Counted from the first letter of the stretch, positions 9,576 to 23,580 are shown. The stretch: DNA of 64,000 bases from Mytilus trossulus (GCF_036588685.1 NC_086376.1:7254001-7318000); one strand, 5' to 3'. Numbers and translations are program-made. The notes: generated by a model not told the origin, from the letters alone.

Positions 9576-10554
9576 CTCACAAAGCCGACCACTGATGAAG
9601 CCGACAGACTCAGGTATTTCCCCCAAACACAACGGAAAACTGGGCCTTACATTTTTGCTCATGGGTGAGCTCGAATTCGTTTATTTGAAACACGATGTTT
9701 GAAACATTTACAACCAATCTTTGTCTAAATTATCCTTAGGTTTTTATTTAAGTACAAAAAAAGTCAGTTGCAGTGTTTCTTTGGTGTTTTTTTTTAAAGT
9801 TAAGAGCATGTTGTTCACTGGTTGTCGTTTGTTGGTGTTGTTCATAGTTGTTAGACCGTTTGTTTTCCTATTTGAATTGTTTTACACTAGCCATTATGTT
9901 ACCCTTTACAGCTTGCTGTTCCGTGTGAGCCAAGCAGCTATGTTTTACAGGCCGCTATACTTTGACATATAATTGTTAACTTTCAATACATTGTGACTTG
10001 GATGGAGATTTGTTTCAATGGCACTCATACCACGTCTTCTTAGTTATATAAATCTGATTAGACAAAAATGATCAATCAGTATGTCATGATATACATAATT
10101 CTTATGTTCACTAAAATTATCAGATAACTTTTTACAGGAGTCATGTCCGCAAAAAGCATTGTTTTTCTATTTTTTAAGTTGTTTCCTGTGATCAGTCTAA
10201 ACTGTAATAATTTGGTACAACAGAATTTATGTACTCATAAGTTAACCCATAAAGGAGTTATTGTTCGACCGTACCTGTTATTTTCTAACGAATTGTAGCT
10301 TTAATCTGAGACTACTATAACACATATATGTAGTCTCAGCTTTAATGCATATTCATTAAAACTATTCATGATAGCTCGACGACAAAAGATGTATACAGCA
10401 AAAATGACATGTATGCTATACAAGATATACAACAGTGACAAATGACTGAAATCATTTATCGATTCCTAAATATAGAATATGTGGTCCAGACTCCTTAATG
10501 ATTTTCTTTGACAAATTGACTTTTTTGTACGTAGTATTTTTTCATTGTATAATT

Positions 10555-10812
10555 TTGATGTGGTCATTTTTTATAAATTTCCTGTTAACAAAAGTTTAAA
10601 TTTTTCGAAAAACTAAGGATTTTCTTATTACAGGCATAGATTTCCTTAGCCCTTTTGGACACAACTTTTTGGAATTTTGAATCCTCAATGCTCTTCAACT
10701 TTTTAATTGTTTGGCTTTATAAATATTTTGATATGAGCGTCACTGATGAGTCTTATGTAGACGAAACGCGTGTCTGGCGTACTAAATTATAATTGGTACC
10801 TTTGATAACTAT
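10555..10812 (+). mobile_element. Retrozyme-like repeat (subfamily A), partial monomer
   Basis: Same sequence family as 22660-23240; contains a hammerhead core. Confidence 0.75.
10735..10782 (+). ncRNA. Type I hammerhead ribozyme motif (core intact)
   Basis: GCGUCA-CUGAUGA-GUC(UUAUGUA)GAC-GAAAC-GCGU-GUC/UGGCGU. Conserved CUGAUGA (10743-10749) and GAAA, stem II GUC/GAC, stem I GCGUCA/UGGCGU, predicted cleavage after GUC at 10774. Confidence 0.8.
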
Positions 10813-12217
10813 TTGAACACTAATATCAAAAGATGGAAACTATAAAAAGTAAAATTTCGTGAATGTAAAATAAAGGAAAACATCGAACTTTTTGTTTTAG
10901 ATGCTATTTCTTGAGCTTGAAGAGGCTTCTTTCTTAATCTCAAAACATTCCACGAAGATTAATCAAATTTAAGTAATTGGTTAAAACAATGATCTGTATA
11001 ATTGCATACTGCAAATAGATAATTAAATAAATTTGCTTATCAGAAATAAAAAAAAAAATGAAAAAATTGATTCAGACATTTACCTCTTAATCCTTAAAAG
11101 CTAGCTTCTACACATTTTCGCCAAATGCAATGATTGCTTCTTGTTGTGACAAAGTAATTGGTGTGGAGTTAGTGGCAATAGGGGATCTATTAACATATCA
11201 ACAAAAACTTCAACAAATGCAAAAATGCTTATATTTAAGTTAACACAGTGGGTTGAAAACAGTTAACAGTTAAAATTTGAAAAAAAGCGCCAAAATAGGT
11301 ATCCCCCTCCCTCCATCCTCATTGATATCTAACGAAAGTCATGCTTTTTTTTTAGTTTATCCTGACTTTTTTTACCTAAATTGTCGTCCTGACTTTTTTT
11401 TTTTGCAAGAGTCTCATCCTGCCTTTTTTTTTACTCAAAACTCCTGTCCTGCCTATTTTTTTCAAATTTCATCCTAGCCCCCCCCCCCCATAAAAATCAA
11501 ATGGTAGCTCCCTAAATTTTAACTGAAAACTGCAACTCACTCGAATAAAAAACGAAAAGCCCAGTCCATTTATCAATCGCTGTGATATAGAAAAATGAAA
11601 ACGATTACTTTCAAAATTTATCTGTGGATACCTTTTAAAACTTAACATTTAGTGTAATCTGGTCATGTAAGTCCCGCTCGACTGGTCACTATACCGCGAG
11701 ACACTATTTTTCTTTTTAGATTGAAAGAGCTTCAACTCAACAATTTGTATTCTTATTTTCATAACTCAAACAATAAGCATGAGGTGTTTCCTGTTGGATT
11801 CGATCTTTTTTATAATTTCAATCATCTTTTTTTCCCACTGACCTTGACTGCATATTAAAGTTATATAATGGATAAGCTGCGCACTACATATCTGACCTAA
11901 TCTATTTAGAATTCAGAACTATGTTTCAAATTAAACAAATGTTAGCGATTGTTCATCTGCTGACATATTACACAATAAAACTGAATCAGATGTGTTTTTT
12001 TTCGATTATTATCAATTTGGAATGTGCATGAATATTCCGGAAAATTTACCGGAAAAGTTTTGTTTGTTATATCGAACTGGTTTACTAATTTCTTCAGTCC
12101 TATTGCTCAAGGTTGAAATATTTAATTGAATCCAGTAGAAAAGTATTTGCATGCTGAAATCTTCTCCCGGCCTTACATAAACATAATTAGAGGATAAACC
12201 TATGTATTACAGATAAA

Positions 12218-15200
12218 ATGTTTAAGACACCAAGCATCAGAAGTGCAAGACTATTGAAGGTAATTTTAAAGATCCGTATTCAGAATAACAAAACATTCAT
12301 GACAATATTGGGGGTCTTTTCTCTGCATAAATAAGGCACAAAATGTGCACCATAATTCAGTTACCTTGTTTTTGTAACCCCATTGACATAATGGTTACAT
12401 TGTTTACACTCATACAGACTATTTTTGATTAAAAGCTTGAGCACGGATTCCTCTGGACCAACACATTCTTCTTTTTTTTTTTTACATATACATGTACCTG
12501 GCTTCCAAATGAGGGGTGAAATCATAGATCGAAAAATATGTAACCAGAGAGCACGTATCTACTCTACAAATTCATATCATCACCACTGGGATTCGAACCC
12601 CGGTCATTTGGGTGACAGTCAGTGCGTTAACCCACTGAGCCAAAGAATCAATTCCCTAGCTCAGTTGATTAAGACTGGCTATATATGTTCTAGCTGTACT
12701 AAGGGGAAGCAACCCCGCTACAAATACATTGATGTCGGACACCATTGCTAAAAAATAAAAAGTCAAACAGACAAATAATAATACACAGTATACAACATGG
12801 AAAACTAAAGACTAAGCAAATCGAGCCATGAAGGGTAAGCATATCCTGCTCCACATGTCATCATGTGGCACTCGTTGTGTTGCTCATGTTATTACCAACC
12901 CGGTAAATAGTCTAATTAGGTAGGTCACATTTGTGGTGAAAAGATGAGTGAATTGTAGTTACGACATAAGGAACATATTTGATATCATCTGTGAAGGTTA
13001 TATATAACCAACTTAGATGGTGTCCATAATATTTACAAATAGGATGATTTCAACTTCACTATTTTTAACTCTTGGTTTAACAGCTTTTTTGTGATCAGTA
13101 ACCCTCTATCAAGGAATTCATAATAGTAAATACAAGCCTGGGAATATGGTATCAATTGGGAGATATATTTACTAGGTATGCAGGCGCTGCTGGAATGTTT
13201 AAGGTTTGTCATTCGGGAATATGGTGCCAAAGGTTGCAAGGACCACCCTTAAAAAGGCAAATGCCAGAAAGAGCACTAGAGATTTTTCGCTGGTTTATAG
13301 CATCTTAAAGCAGTTAGTCATTGCACAGCACTTATGTGAAATACATCATTAGTCTGGAAGCGAAGCAGAACACCAAAAAGTTTTGATCCTTTGTAAAAAA
13401 TTTAAAAAAATGTTTTTGCTTTAAATAGGATTAATCTGGTCATGTTGGTGTTAAATGTATCTTACGAAAATGAAACACAAATATTTAGCAGTAATTTATA
13501 ATGAATATATGTAGAAGTATGATGTATTTTTTCTTGCATTGTCTTATAGTTGATGGTAAACCATGCTTCTCGAAGACACATTACTGGTAGAGGTGGAACA
13601 CCAATAAACACTATTATTGTTTTTGTACCACAACAAGAGGCCTGGGTGGTAGAAAGGTTTGGCAGATATGCAAGAATTTTAGAACCAGTATGTATGACAT
13701 TCACTATCTTTTTTGGGGACATGTTATCTAAAATTAATTATATTCATATTGTTTACCTTTTATCAAGAATTTTAGCAGAAGATACCAAAGGGATACATTT
13801 AAACTCAGAAGTGGAAAACAAAGTGACAATGCTATGAACGAAATTTTACAAAAAGACAATCAGCAGTACACAAAGCATAACATTGAAAAGTAACAATTGA
13901 GCAACACAAATATTACAATAAACAGGAGTGATTTCATTGCTCTGGAAGGGTCATCCAATGTACAGTGTACAACATGAAATTACTTTCAAGTCAGTCTGCA
14001 TGTTTAGCATGTATTTCAGCAAGACATAATGAAATTTGGTACAGGAAAAACATCTTCAAATAAACATTGAGTTTACCTTTCTGAAAATGTGAATCTGATC
14101 ATAGACCTGCAGAGTGCTTATCTCTGCAGAGTTGATGATGGTATAGGTTCAAATACATGACAATTAGTAAAGATTATAACTGTGATTTGTGAAAATAAAT
14201 ATTAGGAAAAAGGACAAAAAAAGGTTGATATAGATTGCAATAAGTTAGGGTCTTTGTACATGCTGGGATGAAGATTTAGTCACATGCCATATAGCAATAA
14301 AGTTTTATTTTTCACATTTTATAATTATTAAGAATGATCAATATTTTTAGGGAATCAATTTTTTGGCACCAATAGTTCACAAGGTAGCCTATGTTCAAAG
14401 TTTAAAGGAGCTGGCAATAGATGTACCACAGCAAGCTGCTATTACAATGGGTATGTACACAAAGTAAAGGTATTCATAATTCTATTTTCAGAGTTTTTAA
14501 GTTGTTATCCTGAAAACATAAGGAGCTAGGTAAAAATTATATTGCATCAATAATCTCCAAGACAGATTCTATTTTCACTGAAAATGTCACTACAATCTGG
14601 CTCATTGTTTCGAAGTTATTGCCCTTCAAAATGTCTGAAATCTTTTTTGCTAGACTCAAGGTGTAAAATAGAAAAAAAAATAGCAACTAGTATTTACAAA
14701 GAAAGTTCCTTATAGCAGACTCCATGTGAGTGATATACAAAATGTATGTTTTATTTGAGCAGCTAACATGCTTAAGAGGTTATCTTCCTCACTGAAAGTC
14801 TTTCATTGTATCTTCAGAATTTATAAATTTTGTATTTGAATTCTAACACAAAGAGTTTCTTCCATTTTAAGCAATAGTTATATTTATACCGTATTTATAT
14901 TGTTCTATTTTCTTTTTTTAACAGATAACGTTACTCTGAATTTAGACGGTGTGTTATATCTTCGTGTCACAGACCCATACAAGGTGAGTTAAACAACCTA
15001 TTTCTTTCTCATTGGTGTATCTGTTATAAATCATTTAGATTACAACTAATCTGATAGGATTGATAGTTTGAAATATAAAAAAGAAGATGTGGTATGATTG
15101 CAAATGAGACAACTATCCACAAAAGACCAAAATGACACAGACATTAACAACTATAGGTCACCGTAGTGCCTACAACAATGAGCAAATCCCATACCGCATA

Positions 15201-18200
15201 GTCAGCTATAAAAAGCCCTGATAAGACAATGAAAGACAATTTAAACGAGAGAACTAACGACCTTATTTATGTAAAAAAATAAACGAAAAAAAAAATGTAA
15301 CACATTAACAAACGACAACCACTGAATTTACAGGCTCCTGACTTACATAAATAATGTGGCTGGGTTAAACATGTTAGCAGGATCCCAACCCTCCCCTAAC
15401 CTGGGACAGTGGTATAACAGTACAACATAAGAACGAACTATAAAAATCAGTTGAAAAAGGCTTAACTCATCAGATGGACAAAAATACAAGTGGACGTGGC
15501 CGGGTACTGATACATCCCGACACATAAAGACAAAATGAACAGATATGAGAGTACTCGCAGTTATCTGACAGCTAGTTCAAAGCCCCTAACAACTAATAAA
15601 TAAATCATGCATCTAAGACTAAGCCATTTTTACATCAGTGGCATTAAAATACATACAGTGAACCAACATTGTTTGCTTGCAGATCTTTAATAAGATGACT
15701 GTTGCTACTTCTTTTGCGAATATCTTTGTAAAGTTATGCGAGAATTTTTAACCAGATTTTTGTGACAAAAATGTCGGTTATTGATTTGGGGATGTACGAT
15801 GGCCAGGTGGTCGGGCGGGCAGGTGGCAGCCAAATGTTGTCCGTGAATTAACTCATGAACTGTTCAACCAAAGCTTTTCAAATTGAAATATGTTGTTACT
15901 GATGACAAAATTGAGGTCAAGATCAATAATGGTGATTTTCACTTTTTCTGTTCAGGAGTTATGGTTCTTGAAAGATTGAAAAATTATGTTTCTAGTCATG
16001 TTGTTGCAATTGCTCATGAACCATTCAACCAAAGCTTTTCAAATTTTATTATGTTGTTACTGATGACAAAATAGAGGTCTCACTTTCACCGTTTATCAGC
16101 TATGGTTCCTGTGATATTGAAATATGCCAGGACAATAAATAAATGTTAATAAATCCGGTTTGCTGTCAGTCTGACAGCCTCTCTTGTTATCCTGTTGGCA
16201 TGAGGTTCAATTTGATTATAATACTTCTAACCTATTTATGGCTATTGGAAATGCATTTGTTTAAAAATAAAACATATTTCATATTGTTGTATGATTATAG
16301 GCAAGTTATGGTGTAGAAGATGCAGAGTTTGCCATCACACAGCTAGCTCAGACAACCATGAGATCTGAGATAGGAAAAATAGCATTAGACACAGTATTTA
16401 GGGAGAGAGAGACACTCAATGTTAATATTGTTGGTTAGTATGACATAGAAAAACATTGATTTGGATAACATAAAAATTTGAATTATGACAAAAGAGAGAA
16501 ATTATAAAAGGATGATGCAGTACTATTGCTAATGAGACATCTCTCCACTAGAGACCAAATGTCGAAGATTCTTACAAGTTTGTACTAACATGAGCAGCAC
16601 AAGGGGTGCCACATATAGAACAGGATCTGCTAATTCTTCAGGAGCAACTGAGATCACCCCTAGTATTTGGTGGGGTTTGTGTTGCTTGGTCTTTATTTTT
16701 GTATGTTGTGTTTTGAGTACTATTGGGTTTTTTTTCTTTTTAAACCATGGCGTTGCCAGTTTATTTTTGATTTATGAGTTTGAGTGTCCCTCTGGTATCT
16801 TTCACTACTTGTCTTTAACAATTATAGGTCACTGTTCAGCCTTTTGACAATTAGCAAAACACATACTGCATAGTAAGCTATCAAATGCTCTGAAATGAAA
16901 AATGAAAAGCAATTGAAACAAGAAAACTGATGTCCAGATTTATGTTCAAGACAATAAAAGTAACAAGTTATAGTGTATTTTATCTCATCTTTATTATTGT
17001 CAAACAGTAGGAAGATTTTAAGCAATATGAACATTTTTGTCACATTACGCTGTATAATTTGTTTTTTCTTACAGAGGCACTAAACAAAGCAGCTGAAGCA
17101 TGGGGCCTTACATGTTTACGATATGAAATTAGTAAGTAAAAATTTTTTTACGGTCAAGTAACGATTTATGTACATACAACATTTCCTTTCTGACAGTTAT
17201 CATGGTATAGTAACAAATGATATATGGTTATTAATTTAGGTCTGTGTGAGATATTGAGAATTTATACATTTAATGAGTAACTAGATTGTAAGTACACCTG
17301 TAGCAGGATCTGCCTACCCTATGAAGCACCTGATATGGTCCAAGAATTTGAATAGGCTTAGTATTTTTTATCTTGAGATTAGTATGTAGTGTTTTTTAGA
17401 CTTGTTTATCTTTTTGCTGTTTTTTTTATATTGTTTTGAAATTATTACATACACATTAAGATGTTGTTTTACATAAATGTCTTTTTTATATATATATTTA
17501 TTCAAATAATATAGAAAATTAACAAACAGGTAAATTTATAATTTAACAGGAGATATGAAGTTACCGAAGAAAATCCAGGAAGCCATGCAAATGCAGGTTG
17601 AGGCAGAAAGAAAAAAGAGAGCTTCTATTTTAGAATCAGAAGGTAATTTGAACTTTCTTTACAATATTAATTCCTGATAGAAAATGGAAAAAATATCACA
17701 GTATTTGTATATGACTGATTAAAGGATATAGAATGTTTGTTCCAACAGGAACAGATATTACAGTATTGTTTATAAACAAAGTTTCCAGAGGAAGTTCTGT
17801 CCGGCAAATCAAATAAATATTGACACATGAACTGTTCATATTCTTTGTCTTGTAGGCATCAATTTGTGGTGGCTTGAGAAAACATTGTTGGTTCATAGGG
17901 GTTTGATGATATATGAATTTACATTAAATTTATGATTACTGTAAATTCAGAAATTATGCGTGCATTTATTATTGCGATTTTGTCAGTTTAGACTTAAATG
18001 CGATTTTAATTTTTACGATTCTGAGATGAATCCTGTTCAATTCATATAGAATATTTCAAAATGCGAGTCTCAATTATTGCGTTTACAACTCTGTCGCATT
18101 TTTCGCAATAATAAAAACCTCGCAATAATTTCTGAATTTACAGTAAATGGAAACATGAATTAAACAAAAATTGTACCTAACAAACAACAATGCTTTTACT

Positions 18201-21200
18201 GTAACTTGGATGCCTTTAGTTAGTGAGGTTTGTTTAGAAAGGCCTGAATTAGGCAGTGAAAAAGGTTTCACCTATGAATCCATCACAAAGCATACTACAA
18301 AAATAGAAAACCTTTGAAAATGAAACTCTTTTCGCAGGGAAACAGATTTTATGTTTACATTTTGACCAGTACACCTAATCTTCCCAGATTTTGTATCAAC
18401 ATATCTTATATCCATATTTTTCTGTGTAGGTATAAGAGAAGCTGACATCAATGTAGCAGAGGGTCAAAAGAAAGCAAAGATCCTTAATTCTGAAGCTTTC
18501 AAGTTGGAACAGATCAATAATGCTGAAGGTATGTCATTACAATTCAGATTGGTAAACTTTCTGACACTAAACGGTACTGGTACTTATTTTTAAAGAAAAA
18601 GAAATTCAGTATTATACGATTAAGATATGTCTTCAACTTGATGTTGCTTTGTAACATTTTAGATAATTTTCCTTCATAAATTAAAATTCCTCTTGAATTT
18701 ACCAAGTACAAATATAGTGCTAACTTTCTTTGGTCCTTAAATACTTTAAATTTATTTTAATTACATATATTAAAAAACAAGTCTGGAATTTAGCTTAACA
18801 TCCTTTTTCCTGTTTTAAGTTTTTTTTAGAGTTAAAAAAAGAAATGTATGAGTAGGCCAATGATTCCCTAAAGGTTGTTTTGTAAATCTATTTCTGTTCA
18901 AAAGTAAAATAACAAAAGTACAGCAATTTAAGGAAAATTCAAAACCTTAAGTATCTAATCAAATGGCAAAATCAAAAGCTCAAACACATCAAATGAATGT
19001 ATAACAACTGCCATCCTCCTGCCATGGTAATAGGCATTTTCTTATGTAGAAAATAGTGGATCAAACCTGGTTTTATGACTTGTATTCGCATTTGATAGAT
19101 AATCTCTGTGTTAGTGATGCTACATTTTGTAGGATCTTATACTTTTGAAAGTTAAAGCCTTGTTCACACCTTACCGGATAGAACAAACGGACGCCTAACT
19201 GATGAAAATAAAAGTAGTTCGTTTAAAAAATTGTTATCCGTTGGGAGTTCATTGATGTACTGACCCAATAAAACGGATGCGTAATGGATGCATAACGGAC
19301 ATACACTGGATATACAACGTACGAGAAACAGACATGTACCGACAGGAAGGATGTCGAACGTACATCCAACCGACGAGTAATACATAAAACAGATACCTAA
19401 CAGAAGCGTACCGGATAAAACTGATAAACAAGATATATGGAAAAATCAATGGCGACATTAATAACATCTGTTTTATCCATTAAACGTCCGGTAGAAGTCC
19501 GTTGGTGAATTTATCTTCCAGATCTCCAACTGATGTATAACTGACACGTAACCGAAACAAAACGGACGAGTACCGTACAAAACGGATGCCTAACGGACGT
19601 TCAACAGACATTTTATCCGTTGGACGTCCGTTCAAAGTACGCCTAATGGACATGCAACGGATATGGACGGACGTCTAACGGATAAGAACGGATGTCTAAC
19701 AAACATGAACAGATTGAAAAAAAAGTTATCCATTAGGCGTCCGTTCCAGCTATCGGGTAAGGTGTGGCCGAGGCTTACGGGTTGAAGAATTTGAGAAAAC
19801 TACTTATTATCAAAGTGATTATACAAAAATTCAAAAAAAGCAAATCAAATAAGATATTGATATAAATGAATGCTAATAACAGTGATTTGTTTGGTAGAAA
19901 TGTATAATCAGTATTCAATATATTAAATATTGCCTACATTTTGTTTTCATTTCAGGTGAAGCAAATGCTATTCTAGCTAAAGCAAAGGCAAAAGCTGATG
20001 CAATTAATATTGTGGCCCAAGCTATAACTAGTAAGGTTAGTTTCAAGCTTATGCTGTTAGTGTGATGACATTGATAACGTCCAGCCAGGGCATTTAATAT
20101 ATGCAATAAAAACTGTGATTGCTTGTAAAGTTCATTTACATGTATGTATAAAAATAAAAACATGTGGTAGGTTTACCAATAAGAAAATTTTGTACCAGAG
20201 GCTAAATCACTGCAGGCCTTCAACAATAAGCAAAACACATATCTCATAGTAAGCTACAAAAGAGCCTAAAATGGCAGATGTTGGAACAATTCGAAAGAGA
20301 AAAATCAAGGCCTGATTTGTGTGCAAAAGAAATAGATGAAAAACAAATATGATATACAGCAATAAACAACAACCACTTAATTCAGATTTTCATTATAGGC
20401 TAGTAATTTATTAAAGGTAAAAGTAGTTAGATATGATAAGGAAAATAAAAAAAACTAAATGAAATTTTTGCATGTCATGTTTTTTATGCTGAAATTTGGG
20501 TGTTGACTTAGATGCAAAAATTAAACCAAAACATATCTTTTCCGACCAAAGTATCCAAAGCATTTAGTTGTGTGAAATGAATATCCTGACATTGATATCC
20601 ATATATTAAGTGTTTACTAAAACTTTTGTGCTATTTTCGCATATCTTGATCAGTGTTTAAAAATGTTCTCGGCAAATGATTGGTCGAAATTTAATTAAGA
20701 TGTCAAATTTTCTTGATTTCTTATGAAATTTCCTTTTTGTGATGAGATGAAGGAAGGCAACAATGTCTGATGGCGTCACATATAAAGAACACAACTTTTT
20801 TGCAAATCTTTGAAAAGGAAAGATAAAAATTATTAGACCAACAGATGCCACCGCTATGACTTGCATATTATGACATGTCTTCACTCTCAACAGTTGAATT
20901 TTAATTATTTGAAAAGCTCAGCAAGCCTCACACTTCAAATATTAAAATTTTGCTGTCTCTATGAAGAAATATCATAATACACTTGTTGCAATGATGGAAT
21001 CTATATAACCCTAGTCTCCATTGTTATAATGTCTGTGTGATATGTTACAGAATGGTGTAAATGCAGTATCTTACAATGTAGCAGAACAGTACGTGTCAGC
21101 TTTTAGTAATCTAGCTCAGAAAGGAAATACTGTTTTATTACCTGCCAATACTGGTGATGTTAGTAGCATGGTATCGCAGGTAAGCTGAAAATACCTTATT

Positions 21201-21885
21201 TAATCTACTTTTACTAAAGTAGTGTAGGGAATGGGAATCCTAAAAACGTGAATGGAATTAACAAAATGTTCACGACATGTCTGACCTGTGGATTTTGTGA
21301 ACTTAATGTTGAGCATAACTATGACTGTCATTTCTTCATCTGGGGAGGACATTTCTGTATGGAATTCCCCTAAAATAGAGATTTGGTTTCAGTAAATCTT
21401 TCAAGGAATCTACTAAATGTCTTTTTACATGTGGTTTAATTTTGTTGGATTATTTTTTCTTAAGAGATGTTGGTATACATCAGTTAGATAGCAACACTAT
21501 ACCAAAAAATATTTAAAGAAATTTCAGAGGTCAACATATACTCTTTAATAATATCAGAAGTCTATACAACTTGTCAAGCTTTGACATGTTTGAATTGTGC
21601 AGAGTCTGTCATCTAAACCAAATTCTTCCAAAAAATGTCTAGGTGAAATAGTACAGTTGTGTTGAAGAATTTAAAACCAAATTGTTTATATTTCAGGCGA
21701 TGGCTATTTATACCAACTTATCGGAGGCAAACAAAGTGAAACAAACATTATCTGAGAAAGAAGAAGTGAAAGAAGGAAAACAACTATCAGAACCAACAAA
21801 CATTAACGTAAACCCAGAAAGTTGGGATGCGGACAAACACACATTATTTAGTAGTGAACTTGATTCGCCTGATAAACAGAACTAG
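12218..21885 (+). CDS. STOML2: Stomatin-like protein 2, mitochondrial (SPFH/band 7), 11 coding exons, 372 aa
   Basis: Exons with GT-AG boundaries and consistent phases: 12218-12259, 13550-13687, 14351-14450, 14925-14983, 16301-16433, 17075-17131, 17550-17642, 18430-18528, 19956-20035, 21051-21179, 21697-21885. Motifs FVPQQEAWVVERFG, YVQSLKE, DNVTLNLDGVLY, ITQLAQTTMRSEIG, CLRYEIRD, MQMQVEAERKKRA, AEQYVSAF. Basic N-terminus resembling a mitochondrial presequence. Confidence 0.95.
12580..12645 (-). mobile_element. tRNA-derived SINE head / tRNA pseudogene in STOML2 intron 1
   Basis: Minus strand TGGCTCAGTGG (A box) ... CTGTCAC ... GGTTCGAATCC (B box). The anticodon and acceptor stems do not pair well. 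Confidence 0.55.
12750..13200 (-). mobile_element. Penelope-like element 3' remnant
   Basis: Minus-strand YISQLIPYSQAC...EFLDRGLLITKKLLNQE...VKLKSS (PLE RT C-terminus), followed by the GCAGGAT..GCTTACCC repeat tail also seen at ~16620 and 43630. Confidence 0.65.
15073..15620 (+). repeat. Abundant interspersed repeat (AAGATGTGGTATGATTG..AATGAGACAAC family)
   Basis: Related copies at ~8180-8370(-), 9840-10040(-), 20160-20380, 35350-35485, 37950-38210(-), 47440-47660. Confidence 0.7.
15745..16190 (+). mobile_element. Helentron/HINE-like non-autonomous element with an internal duplicated unit
   Basis: T-rich start, short GC microsatellite, two related internal units (TTCAACCAAAGCTTTTCAAATT...ACTGATGACAAAAT), 3' hairpin GCTGTCAG.CTGACAGC then CTTGTT. 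Confidence 0.45.
17939..18143. mobile_element. Tc1/mariner-type MITE
   Basis: TIR CTGTAAATTCAGAAATT at both ends, flanked by TA at 17937-17938 and 18144-18145. Confidence 0.8.
19156..19775. mobile_element. PIF/Harbinger-like MITE with internal AACGGAC repeats
   Basis: Imperfect ~45-bp TIRs (AGCCT...CACACCTTACC.GATAG...AACGGACGCCTAA) and TAA/TA-type flanks. Confidence 0.7.
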
Positions 21886-22659
21886 TCATTATAATTGTGA
21901 TATCATAATAAAAATTCTATGTGCAAATGTATGTGAACTTAACATTGACTTGTCACTTTTTGGAAAGATTTGAACAATTGTTCCCATATCATAGGAAGCT
22001 GTCTTCTCGACTTGGTTTGAATAAAAAAAAAATGCAGTTGAAACACTAAATTTATTTATCTATTTAAAATTGGTAAAGACAGGATTTTAAAGGACCAGTT
22101 AGTTATCAAAATACTTAATATTGAATAATTTTGCATATGTATTTGAACTTTAAACAATTCTGCAGTCTTCATTTATGTACAGCATCCTTAAATAGAAAAT
22201 ATCTCCCTATTAGGTGATTTTGATGAGGAATTGATATTACAATTGTATTTTAAGCACATATGCTGACAATATATATTTTACAAATGATTTTCAAAATGAT
22301 GGTTAAAATAGAAAACAGTATTTTCACTAGACGTTCAAGCTATGATAAATTTCTTTAAGCTTTCCACAAAGTCAGTTACAATTTTTTTTTAAACAGAAAT
22401 TGTTTATGTTTTTTATGTTGGAAATTCAAAGATCCTGTGTTATTTTCACTTTCACAATAATAGAACCAAATGACATTGATTAGGAACATATCCACCGGGC
22501 TGACGTACGTTGAACGTACTTCACCCCGGTAACATATCCAGTGTATAACAATTGTCTCCCTTTGTTGAGTTCAGTTTAGATGTGGAAAAATTGAAGAAAA
22601 TGAGTGATCTAATTTGTAAAAAAACAAAAGCTTTTTTATCTTTGATTTACAAAAGTTAC

Positions 22660-23240
22660 AAACTTTGATTTTTTTTCGAAAAACTAAGGATTTTCTTATC
22701 CCAGGCATAGATTACCTTAGCCGTATTTGGCACAACTTTTTGGAATTTTGGATCCTCAATGCTCTTCAACTTTGTACTTGTTTGGCTTTATAAATATTTA
22801 GATATGAGCGTCACTGATGAGTCTTATGTAGATGAAACGCGCGTCTGGCGTACTTAATTATAATCCTGGTACCTTTGATAACTAATAACACCACTGGGTT
22901 GATGCCACTGCTGGTGGACGTTTCATCCCTGAGGGTATCACCAGCCCAGTAGTCAACACTTCGGTGTTGATATGAATATCAATAATGTGGTCATTTTTAT
23001 AAGTTTCCCATTTACAAAACTTTGATTTTTTTCGAAAAACTAAGGATTTTCTTATCCTTGGCATAGATTACCTTAGCCGTATTTGGCACAACTTTTTGGA
23101 ATTTTGGATTCTAAATGCTCTTCAACTTTGTACTTGTTTGGCTTTATAAATATTTAGATATGAGCGTCACTGATGAGTCTTATGTAGATAAAAAGCACGT
23201 CTGGCGTACTAAATTATAATCCTGGTACCTTTGATAACTA
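22660..23240 (+). mobile_element. Tandem non-LTR retrozyme (356-nt unit bounded by two hammerhead motifs)
   Basis: CTGATGA cores at 22814 and 23170 (spacing 356). The first motif keeps GAAAC-GCGC-GTC (cut after 22845); the second has lost the G of GAAA. Confidence 0.8.
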
Positions 23241-23328
23241 ATTATCTTCTGAGACATTGATTGTAACATTCAATTAATTCAATTTAGCTACTGTTTATTC
23301 AAAATAGTCTGTACTATAATTTTATTAT

Positions 23329-23580
23329 TTTTATGCCCCACCTACAATAGTAGAGGGCCTTTATGTTTTCTGGTCTGTGCCTCCGTCCGCCTGTTTGTTT
23401 GTCTGTGCCTCCGTCCATCTGTCCTGCTTCAGGTTAAAGTTTTTGGTCAAGGTAGTTTTTGATGAAGCTGAAGTCCAATCAACTTGAAACTTAGTATACA
23501 TGTTCCTTATGATATGATCTTTCTAATTTTAGATTTTTGACCCCAATTTTCATGGTCCACTGAACATAGAAATTGAAAGT
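23329..23580 (+). mobile_element. Helentron/HINE-like fragment
   Basis: TTTTTATGCCCC start, short hairpin, GTCC/GTCT microsatellite, then a satellite-like unit. Confidence 0.5.

Noticed and set aside
9592-9630. Hammerhead ribozyme at CTGATGA 9592
   Set aside because: No GAAA after the putative stem II and no stem I partner.
12030-12060. Paired CCGGAA ETS-like motifs as the STOML2 promoter
   Set aside because: Plausible for a mitochondrial housekeeping gene, but too short to support without transcription start data.
12580-12645. Functional tRNA-Asp(GTC) gene
   Set aside because: A and B boxes are present but the acceptor and anticodon stems do not pair; better explained as a SINE head or pseudogene.
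13688-13837. Extension of ORF 13550..13837 as a separate protein
   Set aside because: It is STOML2 exon 2 reading into the intron past the GT donor at 13688.
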